Part shown: positions 45,962 to 54,397 of the stretch, piece after piece
How positions within the stretch are numbered: position 1 is the stretch's first letter
Layout: each line of letters opens with the position of its first letter
DNA from: Candidatus Peribacterales bacterium
GTDB taxonomy: Bacteria; Patescibacteriota; Gracilibacteria; Peribacterales; Peribacteraceae
Assembly (NCBI GenBank): GCA_020058765.1
Contig: JAGVDM010000003.1
Coordinates: 52,019 to 116,018, forward strand
Direction: 5' to 3'
DNA length: 64,000 nucleotides
The notes under the pieces: model-generated
Told to the model about the DNA's origin: nothing
Databases searched by the model: none
The model's input: the letters and a program-made list of their open reading frames with translations, nothing else
Made by a program: the position numbers and the translations under genes

Positions 45962-47193
45962 CAACACCTATCCACCACACCTTCGGGCCGCTTGCGCTGC
46001 AATCACAAGTGCTCCAAGCGTTCCGGCTGCAGTTCCAGCCATGGCTCTGGCAGCACGGCCCTTCACGTGAAGAATTGCGAACCGCGCTCGCCAAGCAGTA
46101 CAGCCGCAATGTGCATGTGTTCGATTCCGGCCGCAGTGCACTGTGGGCTTTGCTTACCGCATTGGAGCTCCAACCTGGCGACGAAGTGATTTTGCAAGGA
46201 TTCACCTGCGCCGTGGTGCCCAATGCGATCCGTGCGGCGGGTGGCACACCTATTTACGTGGATATCAGCCAACGCACGCTTGGGCTCGACCCAAGCCTTG
46301 TACGTTCCGCGATTACACGACGAACCCGCGCAGTGATTTGCCAGCACACGTTCGGTATTCCATCAGATACAAGCGCACTTCGGATTATCTGCGATGAATC
46401 CGACATCGCACTCATTGAAGACTGTGCACACATTCTGCCGGAGCAATTGAGCGATCGCATAGGGCTGCATGCAGATGCAGTTCTCCTGAGCTTCGGTCGA
46501 GATAAAGCGATCTCTGGCGTAAGCGGCGGCGCGGTTCTCACACAGCACGCATTCATTGCTCAACGCTTGGATGGTATCGAGAAGAGTGCTGCCACACTTT
46601 CGAAGTGGGAGATATTTACACTTGTGTGCTACCCCCTGCGCTATGCCACAGCCAAGTTCTTGTGGCCAGTACATTTGGGGAGGCTCTACTTGCGCATCGT
46701 ACGATTTTTTCGGCTGCTCCCGCCCGTGCTCACCGCCGAGGAACGCCGGGGAATCATGACAGCACGCGCATATGCATTGCCCAATGCATGCGCGGCAATG
46801 GCGCTGCTGCAATTCCAACAGCTGCGCAGCATCAATGCACACAGGCATATGCTCTCCGAGCGCTACGCTGCAGCGGTACACACTCTGCACGCAGAAGTAC
46901 CTCGAGCAGCTGCTTCTTCCCCTGCATTGCAGAAGTTCCCCCTGCTGCTCCCCAATGCTGAACGTATTCGTCGGGCACTCAAGCGCCAAGATATTCACCT
47001 AGATGACGGTTGGTGCGGTGCGGTGGTGAACCCTCGAACAACGGATCAGCGTGCAGCGGGTTACCCTCGCGGCACATGCCCGGAGTCTGAACGCATTGCA
47101 TCGCACATCTTGAGCCTGCCCACCCACCCCACCATGACCGTGAAAGACGCAGACAGACTACTCGCGGCATTGGAGAAGTTGCTGCATACTTGA
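45958..47193 (+). CDS. DegT/DnrJ/EryC1/StrS PLP aminotransferase
   Basis: SGRSAL, GDEV, QHTFG, IEDCAH, SFGRDK, SLPTHP. Confidence 0.88.
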   Translation: MTTPIHHTFGPLALQSQVLQAFRLQFQPWLWQHGPSREELRTALAKQYSRNVHVFDSGRSALWALLTALELQPGDEVILQGFTCAVVPNAIRAAGGTPIYVDISQRTLGLDPSLVRSAITRRTRAVICQHTFGIPSDTSALRIICDESDIALIEDCAHILPEQLSDRIGLHADAVLLSFGRDKAISGVSGGAVLTQHAFIAQRLDGIEKSAATLSKWEIFTLVCYPLRYATAKFLWPVHLGRLYLRIVRFFRLLPPVLTAEERRGIMTARAYALPNACAAMALLQFQQLRSINAHRHMLSERYAAAVHTLHAEVPRAAASSPALQKFPLLLPNAERIRRALKRQDIHLDDGWCGAVVNPRTTDQRAAGYPRGTCPESERIASHILSLPTHPTMTVKDADRLLAALEKLLHT

Positions 47194-47200
47194 GCCAACG

Positions 47201-48283
47201 ATGACGATTGCGCAGGCCGCCGATCGCGCACAATGGGATGCATTCCTCCGGGGGCATCCGTTCTCCCCGTTCCTCCAGAGTTGGGCAATGGGCGAGGTAT
47301 ATCGCGATATTGGCCAGGAACCGATCCGCCTAGAAGCACGTGCGAATGGAGCGATCGTTGGTATCTGCCAAGCAATTGTGGTGCCGGCACGGCGCGGCCG
47401 GCATTTGATGGTGCAGTACGGCCCAATTCTGCAGGATCACAACGTACTACCCGGATTCCTTGATGCCTTGCACGACGTAGCACGAGAACATCGTTGCTCC
47501 TTCGTGCGCATGAGTCCGTTCTGGCGTGAAAGTGATCCGCTCGCACACACGTTGCGAGAGCATGGTGCACTACCATCACCGCTGCACCTCCTTTCGGAAT
47601 ACACCTGGTACATTCCGCTGCGCCAGCACGACCGCTGGCAAGATGCCATTAGCGAATCTCCAGCACGCAAGGAAGAGGAGATTATGACCGACATGCGCAA
47701 GACGACGAGGAATCTCGTACGTCGCGCAGAACGCGAAGGAGTAGAAGTGCGTGCTTCGGATGATCCGATGCATGATTTGGATATCTACTTCCATCTGCAG
47801 GAGGAAACACGAAAGCGCCATGGATTTGTTCCGTACCGCGACAGTTTCATTCGAGCCCAGGTGAAGCACTTCGCACCGCAGGGCGAGGCGATCGTGTACG
47901 TCGCGCGGTACCAAGGTGAACCAGTCGCTGCATCGGTACACATGTCCTTTGGAGGAATCACCAGCTACCACCACGGAGCGAGTACGCACGCGCATCCCAA
48001 AATCCCCGCAAGCTACCTACTGCAGTGGACAGCCATCAGTGATGCACTCCGCCGTGGAGACGCGATCTACAACTTCTGGGGCATTGCTCCGCGCAAGGTG
48101 ATGGACGATGGCAGCGAAGTCATCATCAACCCCAAGCATCCGTTTGCTGGTGTGACCACATTCAAAACCGGATTCGGCGGAAAACCACTGCCAATTGTGC
48201 ATTGCATGGATCTACCACTCTCGCCCGTCTACCGCCTTACGCGCGCATTTGAAACACTGCGAAAGTGGCGCCGTGGCTTCTAA
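47201..48283 (+). CDS. FemABX/MurM peptidoglycan aminoacyltransferase
   Basis: FLQSW..GE, TR..VRRA...GV, YHHGAS, LLQW.AI, YNFWG, FKTGFGG. Confidence 0.9.
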   Translation: MTIAQAADRAQWDAFLRGHPFSPFLQSWAMGEVYRDIGQEPIRLEARANGAIVGICQAIVVPARRGRHLMVQYGPILQDHNVLPGFLDALHDVAREHRCSFVRMSPFWRESDPLAHTLREHGALPSPLHLLSEYTWYIPLRQHDRWQDAISESPARKEEEIMTDMRKTTRNLVRRAEREGVEVRASDDPMHDLDIYFHLQEETRKRHGFVPYRDSFIRAQVKHFAPQGEAIVYVARYQGEPVAASVHMSFGGITSYHHGASTHAHPKIPASYLLQWTAISDALRRGDAIYNFWGIAPRKVMDDGSEVIINPKHPFAGVTTFKTGFGGKPLPIVHCMDLPLSPVYRLTRAFETLRKWRRGF

Positions 48284-48301
48284 CACACTACACTGCGACG
48301 T

Positions 48302-48625
48302 ATGCCCAAGAAGATCCCCGAGCCCATGACCACCGAGCAAAAGATCGACGAAGTCGTCGAAATTCTTCGTCAGATGAATCACCGAGATCGCCTACGAATG
48401 TGGGGCAGTACATTCCACAGCATTCTTGGACTCATCCCCATAATCATTTTCATCGGGAGCGCTTGGTACGTGTACAACTTCGGCGATGAACTGCTCCAGC
48501 AAATTGCAGCAGAAGCTGCTAAGCAGGCATCCAACGTGGCAACAGGTAATGCGCAAGTGTTCTTCGAGGGGTTCGATAGCAGTGCCATGAATGAATGGTT
48601 CCGACAGATGCAAGGTCAGCAGTAA
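48302..48625 (+). CDS. Hypothetical single-TM protein
   Basis: 107-aa ORF 7 nt after TACACT. Confidence 0.7.
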   Translation: MPKKIPEPMTTEQKIDEVVEILRQMNHRDRLRMWGSTFHSILGLIPIIIFIGSAWYVYNFGDELLQQIAAEAAKQASNVATGNAQVFFEGFDSSAMNEWFRQMQGQQ

Positions 48626-48815
48626 GTCTGTTTGACACACACCGCAGAGGATCGATACAGTGCCTGCAGATGTACAGCTTCTGCACAATTAAGCCGACCC
48701 CAATGAACCGCGTCATTCGCGCGGAGGGCAGGCTGCACGTGCTGTAATTGTAGAACTGTACGTGTCACTCGCAGCCTTCCCGCAACAGCAGGAGGGCGAC
48801 TTTTCCGTGGTACAC

Positions 48816-50018
48816 ATGTCGCTGCAATCCCCAGAACTCCGGCCCACACAAGCAACTGAGAAGTTGACTAATACGCATTATAGTGCCATATTATCCAAAC
48901 TCATGGGTTTGCGCGGCACCATTGGTATTCCGGAGGATCTGCAAATCCCCAATCCCCTGTCGTATGCCAGCACTGCCGACTATGTAGTAGCAAATCGCGA
49001 ATTCAACATGCAGCTGCGGCAGATTGCCGTACGGTATTTGGAAATGCAGAAGGTGATTGACCTCGTACGCACGCGCATTCAGGAAGACATTGGCGATAGC
49101 GATCACCAGATCGATGTGACGCTGGCAACAGTGGGCAGTGATGGCCGATTGGAAAAATGTCTGCCGTCGCTCTACGAAACAGTGGCGTACGTCCGCAAGC
49201 AACACAACGGCATTCACCTCGAACTGCATCAGGAAATCTCCGAAGAGATCGCGGATATTACCGCGCAGGATGCTGTGACCCGAATGGTGCATGCAGACGC
49301 GCAAGATCCTCTTATGCGCACGGGCATCTTCTCGCATGTGGAAGTGAAGACATTCTCCTCATCCAACTTCCTGCACTTCAACGATAATCCAGCACTCAAG
49401 GCGTGGCCGTCGCGCATCATCGATGCGCTACCACTCGGAGTGGATGAAGGTGGGCTTATCCCTGCGGCAAAACGACGCCTGCTCTCCGAAATTCAAGGAC
49501 CAGAAGGCAAGAAGCTGATTGCCCTGGAAGATGATCGACACAAGGATGCGCGCAAAATCATCACGCGAGGCGGCGCCGACCGATTCCAGGGGAAAGATGT
49601 GCAGCACTACGACCTAGAGAAGCGGGAGATGTACTACGACACGCAAACTGGCGCCGCAGCACTCAAACACGGCCCACTGCGGACAGTGCAAACGCTCTGC
49701 TACTGGAAGCTCATGCAAGCGCTCCGTTTGGCAGAAAATGGCGAACCATTGCTACAGCAAACGCCGACGCCAACAACAGAAAAGCTCGCCTACCTGGCAG
49801 ACAACAATGTGCTGAAGTTTCAGCGCCATGCGCAGATGGAAGAACTGCGCACAGTGTATGAACGCATTCTGTGGTGGCAGCACCGCGCCGGCTACGCACA
49901 CCACGTGGAATCGCAGCCGGTGCTCTCGCTCTCACCAAACGAAGCCGCAGAGCTCACGGAGCTCTTACGCGGCCTCGATGCGCGCGTGCGCGAAGTGGCG
50001 AAGAAAACAGGGAGTTAA
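48816..50018 (+). CDS. GlnD/GlnE/DUF294-like nucleotidyltransferase-fold protein (possibly degenerate)
   Basis: ATVGSDGRLE (GS..R.E) and LKHGPLRTVQ (K.G.LR..Q). Start uncertain. Confidence 0.55.
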   Translation: MSLQSPELRPTQATEKLTNTHYSAILSKLMGLRGTIGIPEDLQIPNPLSYASTADYVVANREFNMQLRQIAVRYLEMQKVIDLVRTRIQEDIGDSDHQIDVTLATVGSDGRLEKCLPSLYETVAYVRKQHNGIHLELHQEISEEIADITAQDAVTRMVHADAQDPLMRTGIFSHVEVKTFSSSNFLHFNDNPALKAWPSRIIDALPLGVDEGGLIPAAKRRLLSEIQGPEGKKLIALEDDRHKDARKIITRGGADRFQGKDVQHYDLEKREMYYDTQTGAAALKHGPLRTVQTLCYWKLMQALRLAENGEPLLQQTPTPTTEKLAYLADNNVLKFQRHAQMEELRTVYERILWWQHRAGYAHHVESQPVLSLSPNEAAELTELLRGLDARVREVAKKTGS

Positions 50019-50019
50019 A

Positions 50020-51474
50020 CTATTGCCCTCTAAGCAATCCAAGCATGTCGTCTTCGGTCATGCTGCCGCTCACAAGCAAGCTTGGGAGTTGCAGGAATTC
50101 ATTGCGTGTAAACGCAACGGCTGGTGCTGCGCCTACACCGAACAGATACCCGGACTGCCCAGCAACCTGCGTAACACGTTCGTTCACGCCACCCCATGGG
50201 TACGACACAGCAAAGACTTCGCGATCAGTGTAATCCTCGAGCATTTGCCTACTCTGGCGCAGTTCGATCTCCACCTGAGAATTGGTCATTGATCGCAGGT
50301 CATCACCGGAGTGCGCACCGGATTGCACATCGAACCCGTTGGCAATGAGCGTAACCACTTGTCGCTCTGTAATGCCATCGATCCCCAATTCTTTGCCAGG
50401 AAGGAAGAGGGTTGCAGGTGCATTTCTCGCAATGAGCAGGTCAGAAACCTGCTGCAAATTCTCTGCGGAAAGATCCGAGATCGCGAGTACCACAGTGCGT
50501 GGCTCAATGCGTACATCCCGCTCCTCTTGAGCGAGCACAAGCTCACGTAGATCGCGGAGTGTCCAAATGCGGTACCCATCCGCGCGCAAACGATCGACAT
50601 GTCGACCAAGTGCCGCAACCACACCTTCTTGATTCAAACGATAGTGCAAGATTGGCAATGCGTAGCGATCTTGTCGCACAAGGAAGTTCGGCAGGAACGG
50701 CGACAGATACTCCGAAGCGACGTATCCTTCACCACCGTTGAAGGAAATTCTCGCCCATACTTGATCCATACTGAGTGGACGGATAATTGCCTGACCCGCC
50801 AGCTCACCAAGGAGCTCGCTTTGGGAGTCTGGTGATTTGCGCACGTTGAGGAATCCGAAGTCCACGAAGTACATGCCCTCGAATGCTTTTTTCTCTTCTG
50901 GAAGCCGCTCCTCGGGAACCAGTTTTGCAATGTATCGCGTGGAAACAAACCCTTCCTGACCATCCGCAAGTTTCACACGAGCCCATGCGGCATCGGCGAA
51001 ATCCAATACTTCGACAGTGTCCCCCTGCTCCAATCTGCCAACGGCAGCGGCAGTAACAGCAGGGCTCTGCCGTACATTGAGGAATACGTTTGTTACACGG
51101 TAGACATTCGCCCCCGCATCCGCCCCAGTAGCGCGCAGTGCTTCATAGGTGGACACCTGCGATAGATCAAGCACCAGCGGTTGCCCCGGCGTAGTAGGAG
51201 CCGTAGCGCCGGTACCGCCATCCAAACGCGGTACAAAGCTCCCTGTTGCAGTCGCGGAACTCACATCATCCTGCGCCTGCCGAGCAAGCTCACGGAAGCG
51301 CTCCAGATCCTGTTCGGTGAAGGTGAATTCTTCTTCGAGCGGTGCGGTAACTTTTGGTTCATTAGACGAGCACCCCACAAACAGAATTCCGAAGGAAGAA
51401 ACGAGAAGGAACGCAACAAGCGATCGGGAGGAAATCGCATGTTGATGCCGGCGACGGAGAGTAGAGCGGTACAT
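50020..51474 (-). CDS. Lipoprotein with two SH3b domains and a polysaccharide-deacetylase-like domain
   Basis: FVGC lipobox; LNVRQSP...W..V...GFVS and LNVRKSP...GYVASEYL; PIL.YR, ATLF, YPWG. Confidence 0.85.
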   Translation of the reverse strand: MYRSTLRRRHQHAISSRSLVAFLLVSSFGILFVGCSSNEPKVTAPLEEEFTFTEQDLERFRELARQAQDDVSSATATGSFVPRLDGGTGATAPTTPGQPLVLDLSQVSTYEALRATGADAGANVYRVTNVFLNVRQSPAVTAAAVGRLEQGDTVEVLDFADAAWARVKLADGQEGFVSTRYIAKLVPEERLPEEKKAFEGMYFVDFGFLNVRKSPDSQSELLGELAGQAIIRPLSMDQVWARISFNGGEGYVASEYLSPFLPNFLVRQDRYALPILHYRLNQEGVVAALGRHVDRLRADGYRIWTLRDLRELVLAQEERDVRIEPRTVVLAISDLSAENLQQVSDLLIARNAPATLFLPGKELGIDGITERQVVTLIANGFDVQSGAHSGDDLRSMTNSQVEIELRQSRQMLEDYTDREVFAVSYPWGGVNERVTQVAGQSGYLFGVGAAPAVAFTRNEFLQLPSLLVSGSMTEDDMLGLLRGQ

Positions 51475-51498
51475 GGGAAAGAAAAGAAAAAAAGATGA

Positions 51499-53199
51499 TT
51501 ACATGCGGTCGGGCATGCGGAGCGTAAGAAGTTCTGCTCCACAGCGGAGGACCTTGGCCGTAAGGGAAGTGAGCGCCAAGCGCAGATCACGCGTAGTACC
51601 CTGCGCCGTCAAAATCGGATCGGCGTTATAAAATGCGTTGTAACTCTGGCAGAGCGCGTACAGATAATTCGCAAGAATATGCGGCATGTGCTCTTTACGT
51701 GCCTGCTGTAGCGCATCTGCAAAACCTACGAGTGTATTCACTACATCACGTTCATGCGCGGAGAGTGCCTCCGCCTTTTTGGGGAGTGCAACAGTCTCCA
51801 TCTCCGCCTTGCGCAGCACTGAGCATGCGCGGGCGTGCGTGTACTGGAGGTAGGGGGCGCTGTTGCCCTCAAAGCTCAGCATTTTTTCCCAATCGAAGAC
51901 AATCTCCTGCTTGCGATTTTGGCTCAAAATGCCGTACACAAGTGCGCCAACACCCATCATTTCGGCAAGAGCATCTGCATCATCTGTCTGGATCGCTTCA
52001 CCGCGATCGGCAATCACTTTGGCAGCACGCGCTACTCCCTCTTGGAGCACCTGCTCAAGACTGAGAATGTTCCCTTTCCGCGTACTCATAGACGAGTCTG
52101 CAAACCGCATGCGACCGAACAGCACATTCTGGAAACGCGGGAGCTCCCAGCCAAGCATGACGCATGTTTCCACAAGCTGCTCAAAGTGCAGCTTCTGCGC
52201 GATATCGGTGAAAATGAGGATCTCCTGCGGATTATAGGTATCAATGCGGTAACGCATTTGTGCCAGATCGCGCGTGGAGTAGAGCGTTGCACCGTCGCCC
52301 TTGAGCACCAAGTACGGCGGCATGTTCTTGTCTTCCGGGAATTGCACAATGAGCGCTCCCCCTTCGCCCTCGGTGAACACTGCTTTCTTTTTTCCTTCCG
52401 CGAGAACGGGTGCCATTTTGTCTTCGTAGAAACTCTCGCCGAGATCTAGATCAAAGCGAACGTGCAAGCGGCTGTATACATCTGCCAATGACGCTTTTGT
52501 CACTGCGACAACATCTGCCCAGAATGTGCGAAGTGTTTTGTCTCCGCTTTCCAATGCGCGAAACGCCTCTCGACCCTGTTCTTCGAGCGATGCATCTTTT
52601 TCTACCTCATCATGAAACCGCACATAGAGCGCGAGTAATTCATCGATCGTATGATCTTTGACGGACTTTTTCCCTCCCCACTTTTCATACGCAACGGCCA
52701 GTTTGCCGAACTGCGTTCCCCAGTCGCCGATGTAGTTCCAGCGAATCACCTTGTAGCCCGCATGTTGGTACAAATTCGCTGTCGCTTGCCCAACAACTGT
52801 CCCAATTAAGTGATGCACACCAAGCGGCTTGGCAATATTCGGCTGGGAGTACTCCACGATCACTGGTGCCTCCTTGCGCTCTGCAATCGCCTCACTCGCA
52901 ACGATACTGCTCTGCAATCGCTCCAAATGCCCCTCTGGGCTCAACCAAACGTTTATATATCCCGGTCCGGCGATCTCCACCTTCTCCACGCCCGGTTGCC
53001 CTTGGAGGGACGTGAGCAATTCCTGTGCAATCTCCACAGGCTTCGCCCCCACCTGCTTGGCAATCTGCAACGCAACCGGCGTAGCAATGTCACCATGCGC
53101 AGCGTCGCTCGGGCGGCTCCATGTGACTACAACATCATTGAGCCCCCTCGTCTTTTTGAGGGCGTTTTGGATGGCCGAATTCCACCGATTAATTACCAT
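51499..53199 (-). CDS. argS: Arginine--tRNA ligase
   Basis: VEYSQPNIAKPLGVHH, GDWGTQFG, MSTRKG, GNSAPYLQYTHARACS, C-terminal MPDRM. Confidence 0.97.
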   Translation of the reverse strand: MVINRWNSAIQNALKKTRGLNDVVVTWSRPSDAAHGDIATPVALQIAKQVGAKPVEIAQELLTSLQGQPGVEKVEIAGPGYINVWLSPEGHLERLQSSIVASEAIAERKEAPVIVEYSQPNIAKPLGVHHLIGTVVGQATANLYQHAGYKVIRWNYIGDWGTQFGKLAVAYEKWGGKKSVKDHTIDELLALYVRFHDEVEKDASLEEQGREAFRALESGDKTLRTFWADVVAVTKASLADVYSRLHVRFDLDLGESFYEDKMAPVLAEGKKKAVFTEGEGGALIVQFPEDKNMPPYLVLKGDGATLYSTRDLAQMRYRIDTYNPQEILIFTDIAQKLHFEQLVETCVMLGWELPRFQNVLFGRMRFADSSMSTRKGNILSLEQVLQEGVARAAKVIADRGEAIQTDDADALAEMMGVGALVYGILSQNRKQEIVFDWEKMLSFEGNSAPYLQYTHARACSVLRKAEMETVALPKKAEALSAHERDVVNTLVGFADALQQARKEHMPHILANYLYALCQSYNAFYNADPILTAQGTTRDLRLALTSLTAKVLRCGAELLTLRMPDRM

Positions 53200-53408
53200 G
53201 TATGATCAAAAGTTATACTCAAGGATTGGCTGCAAATATAGCAGTGAAAACGCATATCGCTACTTGATTACATAAATTGATCTTGCTCAAAAATTCTCCT
53301 CATGTTTTGAGCACAAAATGTATGCAAACTATTCTGTACATATTCCATGGCGAATTTCTGTGAACAGAAAGCGGAAAAGCGAGTAGGAAAGCCAAGAGTA
53401 TCACTCCA

Positions 53409-53437
53409 TTGAAGAGAAAACCGAAAAATGGTACAAT
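53409..53437 (+). promoter_or_regulatory. Promoter, probably giving a leaderless mRNA
   Basis: TTGAAG-N17-TACAAT with TGn, 6 nt before ATG 53444. Confidence 0.6.
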
Positions 53438-53440
53438 ACT

Positions 53441-54346
53441 ATGATGTTTTCTCAGCGATTCACCGCTGCAGTCCTTGCACTCTCCGTCCTCGTAGCGGGG
53501 TGTGCGACCACGTCCGATTCCCCATCCCCCGTTGGGGGGACTGGTGCCGTGACTGGTTCTGGGGCAGTGCAATCCACGGATGAAGTGCCTGCGCTCGACG
53601 TTACTGGTGCAAAAGCTGGTGCGTATATTTCGCTCTTGCTCAACGGACCCACAGTGAAGCTGGGTGGCCCACGCCCTCCAGCGACGCTCGGCGTATACGT
53701 GAGCCTCTATTTGGCGCAGGGCGCATTCATACCAGTACAAGCCGCAATGCAGGGCATTGAAGTGCTAGAGCAGATCCTCCTTGGGCAATCCACACCCGAG
53801 TCGAGTGAAACGTTTGCGCTCCTCAAGGAATTTGGATCCATCCTGCAGGTGGATGTACTTGATAGCATGAATCGCAGCAGGGATCGTGCGGAAGCGCTCG
53901 ATACATACGTTCGATCGCTGCGAAACATTATGGAACTTGCGAGCCGAAAAATTACCGAGCTTCAAACACTGGAGGAAAACCTAGATGAGCGGCAGAAGGC
54001 GCAACGCACCGTTGTGCGCGACATGGAACGTGTCGTGCAGAATGCACTGCGTGAAGAAGACTTCGAACTGGCAGGGGGAAAACAAGAAGAACTGGTGAAA
54101 GCAAAGTCGTCGCTCGCGGCTTTGGAAGCCGAATTCGAGCAAACAGGCGACATTCTGGATCCCTATGAACGTTTGATGGAAGTCGCCGAGGAGCGCGCGA
54201 ATGCCATTGAGCAGAACCGCGCAATCCTCATTGCCGGCCTACAAGTGGTAGAAGTGCCTGGAATTGACGATTTGGAGCTGATTAACGATGGCGGAGGCTG
54301 GCGAGAGCGCATCCTCCCGAGCAATACCGTTTCCCCAAGCCGATAG
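53441..54346 (+). CDS. Coiled-coil lipoprotein
   Basis: VAGC lipobox; long heptad-rich C-terminal region; upstream of the VirB4-like gene. Confidence 0.75.
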   Translation: MMFSQRFTAAVLALSVLVAGCATTSDSPSPVGGTGAVTGSGAVQSTDEVPALDVTGAKAGAYISLLLNGPTVKLGGPRPPATLGVYVSLYLAQGAFIPVQAAMQGIEVLEQILLGQSTPESSETFALLKEFGSILQVDVLDSMNRSRDRAEALDTYVRSLRNIMELASRKITELQTLEENLDERQKAQRTVVRDMERVVQNALREEDFELAGGKQEELVKAKSSLAALEAEFEQTGDILDPYERLMEVAEERANAIEQNRAILIAGLQVVEVPGIDDLELINDGGGWRERILPSNTVSPSR

Positions 54347-54357
54347 GCGCATCTGGA

Positions 54358-54386
54358 TTGATCCAGAAGCCAAAAAAAGGTATAAT
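54358..54386 (+). promoter_or_regulatory. Sigma70-like promoter
   Basis: TTGATC-N17-TATAAT, 11 nt before ATG 54398. Confidence 0.65.
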
Positions 54387-54397
54387 CAAGAGATTCA

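Noticed and set aside
53284..53313. Inverted repeat TGCTCAAAA-N12-TTTTGAGCA upstream of argS as a T-box or riboswitch
   Set aside because: No T-box consensus or terminator architecture. At most it is an unassigned operator.
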